Notes under the pieces: model-generated | Told to the model about the DNA's origin: nothing | The model's input: the letters and a program-made list of their open reading frames with translations, nothing else | Databases searched by the model: none | Source of the DNA: an uncultured Bacteroidales bacterium | GTDB lineage: Bacteria; Bacteroidota; Bacteroidia; Bacteroidales; VadinHA17 | Direction of reading: 5' to 3' | Assembly: GCA_963778605.1 (NCBI GenBank) | Contig: CAVZVF010000001.1 | Location: 857,757-921,756 of the forward strand | DNA: 64,000 nucleotides | Program-made: the position numbers and the translations under genes | Shown here: piece by piece, positions 50,319 to 60,525 of the stretch | Position numbering within the stretch: the first letter of the stretch is position 1 | Layout of the letters: each line of letters starts with the position of its first letter

Positions 50319-50533
50319 CCGTCTCTTAATCGCTCTGTCTCTTAGTCCCTTCGTCTCTTCGTCCCTTCGTCTCTTCGTCCCTTCGCCTCTTCGTCTCTTA
50401 GTCCCTTCGTCTCTTCGTCTCTTCGTCCCTTCGTCCCTTCGTCTCTTAGTCCCTTCGTTCTCTTCGTCCCTTCGTCTCTTAGTCCCTTCGTCTCTTAGTC
50501 CCTTCGTCCCTTCCTCCCTTCGTCTCTTAGTCT
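50319..50533. repeat. 8-bp-period pyrimidine-rich minisatellite (about 26 units of cgtctctt / cgtccctt / agtccctt)
   Basis: Read directly: cgtctctt agtccctt cgtctctt cgtccctt cgtctctt cgtccctt cgcctctt cgtctctt agtccctt ... The last unit contains the trmD stop codon (rc of 50527-50529). Tracked ORF 50284..50538 is its translation artefact. Confidence 0.9.
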
Positions 50534-51204
50534 TTTAACAAATCCGGTCGCAATCTTAATGTACGCTCCTCCGACTGCAAATGTCTCCATTTGTCAATTT
50601 CGGCGGTGTTTCCTGAAAGTAGGATATCCGGTACCCGCCATCCATTGAATTCGGCAGGCCGTGTATAAACAGGAGGAGCCAAAAGATCATCCTGAAATGA
50701 ATCCGAAAGAGCAGATTGTTCATCGGAAAGTGCTCCCGGTAAAAGCCTTACAATTGCATCAGCTATTGCTGCGGCAGGTAATTCACCTCCCGATAATACA
50801 TAATCACCTATAGAAATCTCCATAGTAACAAGGTGATCGCGGATTCGCTGATCAATTCCTTTATAGTGACCGGCCAGGATAATAATATTGTTTTTCATGG
50901 ATAGACGGTTTGCCATTTTCTGATTGAATTTTTCACCATCTGGAGAGGTGTAGATTATTTCGTCATAATTTCTTTCGCTCTTTAGTTTATTCAGTACCTT
51001 GAAAACAGGCTCTATCATCATTACCATCCCCGCTCCGCCGCCAAATGCATAATCATCGACGCTTTTATATTTATCATTTGTGTAATCATGCAGGTTAACC
51101 ACATTTATTTCAACAAGTCCTTTATCTTTCGCTCTTTTAACTATTGAATAATTGAGCGGACTCTCTATTAGTTCCGGTAAAACGGTGAGTATGTCTATTC
51201 TCAT
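50527..51204 (-). CDS. trmD: tRNA (guanine37-N1)-methyltransferase
   Basis: Tracked ORF 50527..51231, trimmed to the ATG at 51204 ([25 protein letters not shown]...). [18 protein letters not shown] and [15 protein letters not shown] are TrmD hallmarks. Confidence 0.95.
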   Translation of the reverse strand: MRIDILTVLPELIESPLNYSIVKRAKDKGLVEINVVNLHDYTNDKYKSVDDYAFGGGAGMVMMIEPVFKVLNKLKSERNYDEIIYTSPDGEKFNQKMANRLSMKNNIIILAGHYKGIDQRIRDHLVTMEISIGDYVLSGGELPAAAIADAIVRLLPGALSDEQSALSDSFQDDLLAPPVYTRPAEFNGWRVPDILLSGNTAEIDKWRHLQSEERTLRLRPDLLKD

Positions 51205-51232
51205 AAGGATTAATTTTTGTAAAAATAACACT

Positions 51233-52659
51233 ATTATCCGATTAATAATTTAGATTCGTAATTGACTTTCATAAGTATTTGATTATCAATGCTATCATAT
51301 TTTTCATTTAAAAACTGACCCCCTGCATATTAAAGGATAATTGTAACCCTGGAGGGATTGATTTACTCTTAAATTTTCTTTTTGTACTCCGCAGCAATTC
51401 ATTTACATCCAGCATTGCTGATTAAATGTATCCGAACCAATGATGCTACAACTGAGAAGGCTTTCTTTGCCTGTGCGATCTTTTGGGTTACAGTCAATAG
51501 CAGTTGGGCTATTAATGTACACCAGACTTGAGTATAAATGGCATTTTCATTTTCTCCATAAAAGTAATGCAACTGGAAGTTCTGCTTCATTTTTTTAAAC
51601 AGTATCTCTATACCCCATCTTTTCTTGTAAAGGAATGCCACATCTTCAGCTTCAATATCAAAGTTATTTGTCAGAAAATCATAATAGCGGTTCTGTTCAT
51701 CTTGATAACTGACCTTTCTTAATTTCATTTTTAGTTTGGTCTTCATATCTTGCTTGCCGTCTTCTTTTCAGGATGATATTCCAGTTCGATAATCTCATCT
51801 CTTAAAACTTTTGCCTGTCCTTTCTTACGATAATGAGCTCGTTTAACCTCTATAACCGTATATACAGCATTCTTTTTCATCCGGGTGACAAAATATACCT
51901 GCTTTTGTGTCCAAAGTGCAAACTGGTGATAATAGTTATAGGCTTTATCAAAGACTATCATGCTGTGCGATATCAGTTCAAGGCTCTTTAAAAACTTCTG
52001 ATCATTGACTTTTGCTGCCGTCATTTTGATAAACCGTCCAACCGATTGAACTGCATCAATAAGCATATGGACCTTCATACCGCCTTTCTTCTTGCCGTCT
52101 ACCTTTGGGATTACGGCCAACTCCCTTTCAATATATCACTGAATAACCGGATAGTTGTTGAATCAATAATAAGTACCTCTTTAAAAGTTAATCCAAATGT
52201 TCGGCTGTCCGACAAAAAACTCTGATAATGTTTTACCAGAGTAAAATACAGATCTTCAAAAACCTTATGACTCCTGTTACGCAAACCGTCACATGCCGTA
52301 CTCTTAGCAGGGGCCTGATCCATCCCAAGATGATTAAGCTTGCCGCCCATTGCCCGCAAACCTTCGCATATCTTCAGTCATCGAATCGCACCGGCTTAAT
52401 ATCCCGAACAGCATCGTAAAAAGGTGTGTCCGCGTTTTGAATGATTTGTAATAATAATCACTCTCATGCTTTCTTAATCAACCCTTTTATATCAACTTTA
52501 TCCACCAAATTCATTATCTGTTTGAAAATCGGCTGTCCGACTAATTTTATTTCTGTAATTTTACCCATGTTGTATTTGTTTTTGCAAAAACCAAATTACA
52601 ACATTGGGGGAAACCTTTGGGGAGTACCCCTCTTTTTATTATTTTAGTCGGACACTAAT
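51233..52659 (-). mobile_element. IS4-family insertion sequence, copy 1 (full-length ~1.43 kb; transposase 52568..51399 broken into at least 4 frames)
   Basis: Manual N-terminus from ATG 52568 gives MGKITEIKLVGQPIFKQIMNLVDKVDIKGLIKKHESDYYYKSFKTRTHLFTMLFGILSRCDSMTE. It then passes through ORFs 52111..52359, 51743..52120 and 51399..51746. DDE-type motifs are IIDSTTI, VFDKAY and YKKRWGIEILFKKMKQ. The right end is fixed by comparison with copy 2 (both end ...ttttagtcggacactaat). The left end is tentative (attatccgattaataa as a degenerate inverted repeat). Confidence 0.7.
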
Positions 52660-52671
52660 GATAAATAAACA

Positions 52672-54493
52672 ATGAAAATAAAATTTTTCAGTATTGCGGT
52701 CGGTGTATTAATGTTTCTTTATGCCACGGTTTTCTCAACAGTTTACGATGTCAATCAGAAACATCGTAAAGCTAATGATTTAGTCCTAAGCACGGAAAAT
52801 AAGTCATTTAAGACCATTGGAGCCGCTGCTGCCATATTGAAAGTCGGCGACCAGGTAAAAAATAATGCCTGGGTGTTTTGGAGTCCTGACGGGTCGAATA
52901 CCAAGCAACTGGTTGCACTGTCATCAGATTTATTTGAAGGCTATGTGAATGGATTCCAGAATGATTGGAATTTGATGGAACAAACAGGTGCCAGTGTTAG
53001 TGGAGACAATTCTTTAACTTATTTAAAAAAAACAACATTTGTGCAAAATAATAATGCATTTGAATGGATGAGGAGGAATATTCCATATTTTGATTGTCCG
53101 GACAACGAGTTTAAGGAAATCTATTATTTCAGAAACAGGATGAAAGGCTGCATTTAAAAGACAATGGTAACTATTACGTTATGAGCGAATTCATAATTAA
53201 AGTAGACTGGTCTGATGTTAATAATGTAATTAACTGTCCTTCAGGGCATCACTTTAACTGGTTAATGTGGCTTGATAATCCTGAATACGCACGGTCATAC
53301 ATGAACTATTATATGCACTCGCCACAAGCCAAACCAAGACAATATAGAGAATGGTTAGCTGATTGTGCATATAAAATAAATCTTATTCATCCATCCTCAT
53401 CATTTGTAAACAGTGTTCTTAGTAATTTAAAGAACAATTTTAATGCTTATAATAGCAGTGGGGATTCAGTTTTTCATGATTTGTAAGGGGTAGTGATTGG
53501 CATGATGGGTTTGAACGTCAGATAGGCGGAAGCGGAGTGAGGACTACCATAAACTCGTATCAGTATGGCAACGCAATAGGCATTGCAAAGTTGGCAGAGT
53601 TTACAGGTGATACTGCTACAAAAAATATTTATGACAGGATAGCAGCTACTATTAAGAGTAATGTTCAAAGCTACCTGTGGGACAAAAAAGAAAAGTTTTT
53701 TAAAACATATAAGAACCAGGCAGGCTATAACTGGGATGCCAAGACGTATGGTCGAGAATCGTGGTTTGTAAACCAAACCGTTAACCAATTGGTTGATGTC
53801 AGGGAGGTAATAGGATATATCCCATGGCAGTTTGACCTTCCTGATGATACCAACACCTATGCAGAGGCATGGAGTAGAATTAATAACAGCATAAGCGGAT
53901 TTAAGGCGAATAATGGTTTAGCAGGAGCTCAAAAGGATCATCTTCCATATAAAATCCCACTCCAGGGAGCTCAGTGGAATGGGCAGACATGGTTTTTTGC
54001 TGAAACACAGACGCTTATTGCTTTAGCAAACCTCCTTAATAATTATAATCAGAGTGTTGTTAATAAAAGTGATTATTTTGAGGTTTTAGAGAGATATACA
54101 AAAAAGGCCCACTATAATGTTTATTCTAAAGGAAGTAAAATACGTCCATGGGCTACAGAGTGGGTTGACCCGGATAAACTAAATGAAAGTGGTTGTCCTG
54201 TAAGCAGTGGGATAATATATTATTTTCATTCAGGCTACACTGACCTAATAATAAATGGTTTGGTTGGAATACGTCCACAAGATGGTAATTATCTTGTTAT
54301 AAATCCATTAGTACCAAACGGAAAATGGAATTATTTCTGCCTTGACGGTCTGAAGTATAAAGGTCATTATATTTGTGTAATTTGGGATCGGTACGGTTCA
54401 AAATATCAAAAAGGAAAAGGATTTTCTGTTTTTGTAGATGGGAAATTAAAACACAACTCAGATATTTCAGAAAAAATTAGAATTCAACTTTAA
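52672..54493 (+). pseudogene. Putative (alpha/alpha)6-barrel glycoside hydrolase (GH63/MGH1-like); at least 2 frame breaks as assembled
   Basis: Three consecutive ORFs (52672..53157, 53181..53486, 53537..54493) read as one protein with a signal peptide. The C-terminal part (GAQWNGQTWFFAETQTLIALANLL, YFHSGYTDLIINGLVGIRP) resembles six-hairpin GH folds. The family call is tentative. Confidence 0.5.
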
Positions 54494-54654
54494 TAAATAA
54501 AAAATGAAAAGACAACTCAGATTTTAACTATTAATCCTATTATTACAAAATTCCATTGAAAATATGAACAATCTAATTTACCATGCGGATGAAATTTTAA
54601 CTTCTTATCTGTTTTCAATATGATGATATTGTTTAGCTTAATAATTATTTACGG

Positions 54655-56182
54655 ATGAAAACTATACTGATTTTTTTATGCCTTTCTATTGGATTGATAA
54701 GTTTTGGTCAATTGAATGTGGAAAAATGGAAAGTATATGAGATTTCTCTCAAAGGCCCATCAGACAGGAATCCTTATACTGATGTTCATCTCAGTGCTTT
54801 ATTCACCCATGCTTCCGATAGCATCACAATTAATGGGTTTTATAGTGGGAACGGTATCTTCAAAATTCGGTTTATGCCTTCAAAAGAAGGTGAATGGAAA
54901 TATATTACTGCTTCGGGTATTAAAAAACTAAACGAAATAAAAGGCAAGTTTACTTGTACCCCTCCTGCAATAGACAATCATGGCCTTGTAATGGTAAGTG
55001 ATACTTTTTATTTTAAGTATGCTGATGGAACTCCATATTACCCTGCTGGTACAACTATATATAACTTATTGCATCAAAGTGACAGCCTGAACAAGCTCAC
55101 TTTCGAAACTCTTTCCAGAAGGTATTTCAATAAAGTAAGGATGAACATTTTTCCAGATCATTTCAGATGGTCAGGGAAGGATCCTTTGATACTTCCCTAT
55201 GAAAAAAAAACTGATAATTCTTGGGATTTTACCCGTTTCAATCCTGGATATTTTCAAATTATCGATAATCGAATAAGGCAACTGGATTCCTTAGGTATAG
55301 AAGCTGATATTATCGTATTTGAATATACCAACTTGGAATTCAAGAATATGGGAAGAGATATGGACGATTTATACTTTAAGTACCTTATTGCCAGGTATAG
55401 TGCATTTAAAAACGTATGGTGGAGCATGGCCAATGAATTTGACCTTCTTAAAGAAAAAACCATGAAGGACTGGGATCATATGGTTGAAATGTTTGCCTGG
55501 TACGATCCCTACCAGCGGTTACGGGGCATTCATAATGGTTTAAGAATGTATGATCAGACCAACCCGCTAATTACACATGTAAGCATTCAGAACAGTAACA
55601 CTGAACAAATCAGGGATTTAAGGAATAAATACAACAAACCGGTTATTTATGATGAGTGCCAGTATAAAGCGTAATACCGATGAAGGCTGGGGTAATATTA
55701 CCGGACAGGAAATGGTGAACCGGTTTTGGAATGCAACGACTAACGGTGGGTTTGCCAGTCATGGTGAAATGTATCTGAATATTAAGCCCGTAACAACCAA
55801 TGATGATCGCGGTGAACTATTGTGGGTGTTTCAGGGAGGGGTATTGCACGGAACTAGTCCGAAGAGAATCAAATTTCTCCGCGACATTGTGGAAGCTGCT
55901 CCGGGACAACTGAAACTTAAACCCAAATTCTTCGGACGTTGGTTTCAGAATTATTCTGCCATTGGGTATGAAGACATGTATTTTCTTACTTATTTCAATA
56001 TGACCCAACCGTGTTTCATGGTAATTGATCTTCCTAAAGAAAAAAAATATAAAGTTGAAATTATTGATACATGGAATATGGAGATTACTCCGCTTGAGGG
56101 AACATTTTCAGGAAAAAGCCTGATTAACCTTCCTGAAAGGACAATGACTGCAATAAGGATTACTCAAGTCATAGAAAATTAA
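54655..56182 (+). CDS. DUF5060/DUF4038/DUF5605-type putative glycoside hydrolase; one frame break near 55649-55674
   Basis: ORF 54655..55674 (signal; KWKVYEISLKGPSDRNPYTDV...GEWKYITAS N-terminal beta-domain, then a TIM-barrel-like region ending IYDECQY) continues in ORF 55649..56182. Domain names are from recollection. Confidence 0.55.
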
Positions 56183-56291
56183 AATATAAAATAAAAACTG
56201 AAAAGTAATGGTCAGAATATATTCACTACCTCAATTAAATTCTTTTCGCCTTGTTTCTAATCTTTATTAATTTATTACAATCTAAAATTAC

Positions 56292-56426
56292 ATGAAGACA
56301 AATAAGCAATTATTTTCATCAATTACAGGATTTTATATCGCCTTAATAATGGTTTTTATCATTAACGGATGCAGACATTCAACTTCAGAAAATCATAATA
56401 GCGGTTCTGCTCATCTTAATAACTGA
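56292..56426 (+). pseudogene. Lipoprotein gene remnant (31 native codons) fused to IS-derived sequence
   Basis: ATG at 56292 gives MKTNKQLFSSITGFYIALIMVFIINGCRHST (signal plus lipobox). From 56385 onward the sequence is homologous to IS copy 1 (position 51671), and the frame stops 13 codons later. Confidence 0.45.
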
Positions 56427-57375
56427 CCTTTCTCAGTTTGATTCTTAGTTTGGTCTTCATATCTTGCTTGCCGTCTTCTTTTTCAGGATGGTATTCCAGT
56501 TCGATGATCTCATCCCTTAAAACTTTTGCCTGACCTTTCTTGCGATAATGAGCTCGATTAACCTCTATGACCGTATATACAGCATTCTTTTTCATCCGGG
56601 TGACAAAATACACCTGCTTTGTCTGGTCCAAAGAGCAAACTGGTGATAATAGTTATAGGCTTTATCAAAGACTATCATGCTGTCTATATCGGTTCGAATC
56701 TTTAAAAACTTCTGATCATTGACTTTTGGTGCCGTCATTTTTATAAACCGGCCAACTGATTGAACTGCATCAATAAGCATATGGACCTTCATACCGCCTT
56801 TCTTCTTCCCGTCTCCCTTGGGATTACGGCCAACTCCCTTTCAATATATCACTGAATAACCGGATAGTTGTTGAATCAATAATAAGTACCTCTTTAAAAG
56901 TTAATCCAAATGTTCGGCTGTCCGACAAAAAACTCTGATAATGTTTTACCAGGGTAAAATACAGATCTTCAAAAAACTTATGACTCCTGTTACGCAAACC
57001 GTCACACGCCGTACTTTTGGCAGGTGCCTGATTCATACCAAGATGATTTAGCTTGCCACCCATGGCACGCAAGCCCTTCGCAGACTTCAGTCATCGAATC
57101 GCACCGGCTTAATATCCCGAACAGCATCGTAAAAAGGTGTGTACGAGTTTTGAATGACTTGTAATAGTAATCATTCTCATGCTTTCTTAATCAACCCTTG
57201 TATGTCAACTTTATCAACCAAATTCATTATCTGTTTGAAAATCGGCTGTCCGACTAATTTTATTTCTGTAATTTTACCCATGTTGTATATCATTTTTCGC
57301 AAAAACCAAATTACAACATTGGGGGAAACCTTTGGGGAGTACCCCTCTTATTTATTATTTTAGTCGGACACTAAT
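56385..57375 (-). mobile_element. IS4-family insertion sequence, copy 2 (3'-truncated; lacks the ~440 bp equivalent to 51233-51670; same orientation as copy 1)
   Basis: ORFs 56824..57072, 56592..56792 and 56416..56631 parallel those of copy 1. The nucleotide alignment is about 90-95% identical by eye. The outer end is identical (...ttttagtcggacactaat at 57375). Confidence 0.75.
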
Positions 57376-57468
57376 TTAAAAATAACAAGAAATTGAGAAA
57401 AGCGCAAAAGACAATGGCGTAACGGCGCAATAACGCAATGGTACAATGGTTATTACTTTTTTAATTAT

Positions 57469-57476
57469 TACTTTTG
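57469..57476 (+). promoter_or_regulatory. Candidate Bacteroidota -7 promoter element (TAnnTTTG)
   Basis: tacttttg lies 25 nt upstream of the ATG at 57501. This is a sequence match only. Confidence 0.3.
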
Positions 57477-57500
57477 ACATTTAACTTTTAACTTTTTCAA

Positions 57501-57743
57501 ATGGAATGTCAGGCTGATTGCGGTGCATGCTGTATAGCAATTTCAATTTCATCATACATTCCGGGGATGCCTTATGGAAAGCCGGCAGGAGTGAGGTGTA
57601 TTCACCTGCTCGATGACTATAAATGTGCTTTGTTCAATGACCGGAGCAGACCTAAAGTATGTGATGATTTTAAAGCTGAAAGGGAATTCTGCGGGTCAAG
57701 CAGGGAGGAAGCATTGAGGATTATTACTTTGTTATCCGGTTGA
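57501..57743 (+). CDS. YkgJ-family cysteine-cluster protein (putative Zn/Fe-binding)
   Basis: 80-aa intact ORF starting MECQADCGACCIAISISS with further Cys residues (CIHLLDDYKCALF, KVCDDF). Confidence 0.75.
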   Translation: MECQADCGACCIAISISSYIPGMPYGKPAGVRCIHLLDDYKCALFNDRSRPKVCDDFKAEREFCGSSREEALRIITLLSG

Positions 57744-57748
57744 TTAAG

Positions 57749-59438
57749 TTATCGTCCCGAAGCATAAACAACCTTGCCTCCGGTTATAGTGTAGTCAACC
57801 CTGGTTCTCATTATTTCATTCTCAGGTATTGTCAGAAGATCTTTATCGGTAATCACAATATCGGCAAGATAACCCGGTTTAATAATTCCTTTGCGGTTTT
57901 CCATGAACTGGGCATAAGCCGAACCGAACGTATAATATTTGATTGCCTCTTCCATTGTAAGTTTTTGTTCAGGGAACCATCCGTTACCTTCTTCTCCAAG
58001 CCGTTCTTTACGTGTTACGGCAGCATATAGACCTTCCATCGGATTAAGAGGCTCAACCTGGTAATCTGTTCCAAAAGCCAGGATTGATCCTGCATCTATC
58101 AGACTTCTCCATGCATATGCTCCCTTACATCTCTCAATACCTACACGTTTTTCATAGAACTTTTTGTCAGAAATACAATGAGTCGGTTGCATGGAAGGTA
58201 TTACTCCAAGTCGGGCAAAGCGTGGTATGTCAGAAAGTTGCAATGTCTGAGCATGTTCATCCCGGTGCCGGCTTTCGCGTTTCCCGTTTAACTCTTGTGC
58301 TTTTTCATAAGCATTTAATGTCCAGTTGTTTCCTTTATCACCTATCGCATGTACACCGATTTGAAATCCGTATTTATCTGCAATAACAATCATTTTTTCA
58401 AATTCATCGTAAGACATCATCGCCAGGCCTGATGAGCCCGGGTTATCAGCAAAAGGTTCAAACATAAGTGCAGTTCCTGAACCAATTGTTCCATCTATAA
58501 AAGCTTTCAGATAACCGAACCGTATCCAGTTTCCCTCTTTAGGGTATCTTTTTTCAATCTCAAGGTATTTTTTAAGTAAAGAAGTATCGCCGGTAAGAGA
58601 TTTTCCGATATCAATTCTGGTGGTCAGTTCTCCTTCTTTCTGCAGCTTTTCATAGGTTTTAAAGTCAGCATTTCCGGGTATCTGGACGCTTGTAACGCCC
58701 AATTCACGGGCTTCTTTCAATGCGAGCAGATAGCCCTGCCATGTTCTTGAGACAACTTCTTCCGGCGTAAATTCAGATTTAACATCCGAAAGTTTGATAA
58801 GATCCACTGCTTTCTCTTTAAGTATTCCGGTAGGTTCCCCTGTTGCAGGGTCTTTTTGTATCACTCCGCCAAAAGGATCCGGTGTATTCTTTGTTATACC
58901 TGATTTTTTCAGAACATAACTGTTAACCAGAACCGAATGGCCGTCTGCCCTGCTTAATATCACCGGATTATCCGGAGCAACTTTATCCAGAAGTTCTTTT
59001 GACGGCCACTTTTTATCAATAAACATTTCATGTTCCCAGTGTCCGCCTCTGATAAGAACACCGGGTTTTGATCTTTGCTACCTGAGCTTTTATCCTTGCG
59101 GTAATAACTGAAGGATCAGTTGTATAGCGGAGTTCGACATAGTCAGGATCAAGAGGTCCAAAGTGAACATGGGCATCATTGAATCCCGGAATTACAAGTC
59201 TTCCGCCTGCATCAATAACCTTAGTAGATCTTTCATCAATCATCCTGGAAATTCTCTCTGTGGTACCGACCGCAATGATATTTTCACCCTTTACAGCAAT
59301 TGCTTCTGCGGCAGGGTTTTCTTTATCAATAGTAAGAACCTTCCCGTTTAATATAACAAGGTCAGCTTTTTCCGTTTTGTGGCATGATGTGGACAGTATC
59401 ATAATTATTATTGATAATAAGGTACTTAGGTTTCTCAT
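57749..59438 (-). CDS. Amidohydrolase-family (amidohydrolase 3 / TIM-barrel metal-dependent hydrolase) lipoprotein; one frame break near 59026-59080
   Basis: ORF 59028..59438 (lipobox ILSTSCH; PGFNDAHVHF metal motif) joins ORF 57749..59026 (VHAIGDKGN, HAQ, FGTDYQVEP). Confidence 0.8.
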
Positions 59439-59766
59439 AGTTGGTTTAATTTCAGTCGTGAAATATATAAAAAATTATTAATGCTGATCAGAACGAAGTA
59501 GGATGATAAGTGTAAGGCGTAAAGATATAAAGTCTGGACATACTGGTAAAACAGAAAGTTTTAAATTTTTTATTAAAGGCTTAATAACAGGTTCTATTTT
59601 CTACGCTTTACGCTTAACGCTCTAATCTCTACGCTCAACGCGGATGCACACAAAGAACTTTACAGACATCCCCTTTAAATAATTTAACTTCTCTTTAAGA
59701 ATTTTATTGATTTTTAAGGATAGGAGGAATTGCAAAACAGGTAAATTCGCAGAAAAACACTGAAAA

Positions 59767-60483
59767 ATGAATATAGCATTAATTGGATACGGGCGCATGG
59801 GACATGAGATAGAAAGTATTGCTGTGAAAAGAGGCCATGTGATAAACCTTATTATAGACAAAGATAATGTGACAGATCTTAATACAGAAAATCTTAAAGG
59901 GACAGATGTGGCAATTGAGTTTTCCTCACCCGAAGCTGCCTATTTAAATATTGTTAAATGTCTGGAAAATAAGATTCCGGTTGTTTCAGGTACAACAGGC
60001 TGGCTTGAGGCTTATAACAAAGCTGCAGAAATCTGCCTGAAGAATAATACTTCATTTATACACTCTTCAAATTTCAGCATAGGTGTCAATCTGCTTTTCA
60101 GGTTAAATTCAGAGCTGGCAAAACGAATGGCACAATATGATGCTTACCGGGTTTCGATAGAAGAGATCCATCATGTCAAAAAACTTGATGCCCCCAGTGG
60201 AACAGCCATCACTTTATCAGAAGGGATATGCAGGAACCATTCCGGTTATGAAGGATGGAGTCTTGGAGAGGAAACGGAAAAAAGACTCATTCCGATACAG
60301 GCTGTCCGGGAAGGTACGGTTCCGGGAACACATATTGTTACCTGGGACTCAGAGATAGATACCATCAGTCTTAAACATATTACCAAAAACAGATCAGGAC
60401 TTGCCATGGGAGCTGTTATTGCTTCAGAGTACATACGGGACAGAAAGGGAATCTTCACAATGACCGATGTGCTTGGATTCTGA
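59767..60483 (+). CDS. dapB: 4-hydroxy-tetrahydrodipicolinate reductase
   Basis: 238-aa intact ORF with MNIALIGYGRMG (Rossmann) and EEIHHVKKLDAPSGTA (the DapB E-x-HH-x-x-K-x-DAPSGTA motif). Confidence 0.95.
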   Translation: MNIALIGYGRMGHEIESIAVKRGHVINLIIDKDNVTDLNTENLKGTDVAIEFSSPEAAYLNIVKCLENKIPVVSGTTGWLEAYNKAAEICLKNNTSFIHSSNFSIGVNLLFRLNSELAKRMAQYDAYRVSIEEIHHVKKLDAPSGTAITLSEGICRNHSGYEGWSLGEETEKRLIPIQAVREGTVPGTHIVTWDSEIDTISLKHITKNRSGLAMGAVIASEYIRDRKGIFTMTDVLGF

Positions 60484-60525
60484 TTATTATTTTTACTTTT
60501 ACCGTTTCATAAAAATATTTTTGTT

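Noticed and set aside
50319-50533. Possible CRISPR array (also considered for 24363-24436)
   Set aside because: The repeat units are contiguous with no unique spacers, and the unit sizes (8 bp and 24 bp) do not fit a CRISPR array. No cas genes are in the window.
50284-50538. 84-aa ORF encoding a repetitive SSLRLFVPS... protein
   Set aside because: It is simply the translation of the 8-bp minisatellite, whose 24-nt super-period gives a repeating peptide. It has no start context and overlaps the trmD stop.
56685-56700. ggttcgaatc string resembling a tRNA T-arm
   Set aside because: It lies inside IS copy 2, where copy 1 reads cagttcaaggctc at the same place. No acceptor or anticodon stems can be drawn around it. 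I found no convincing tRNA, rRNA or tmRNA in the window.
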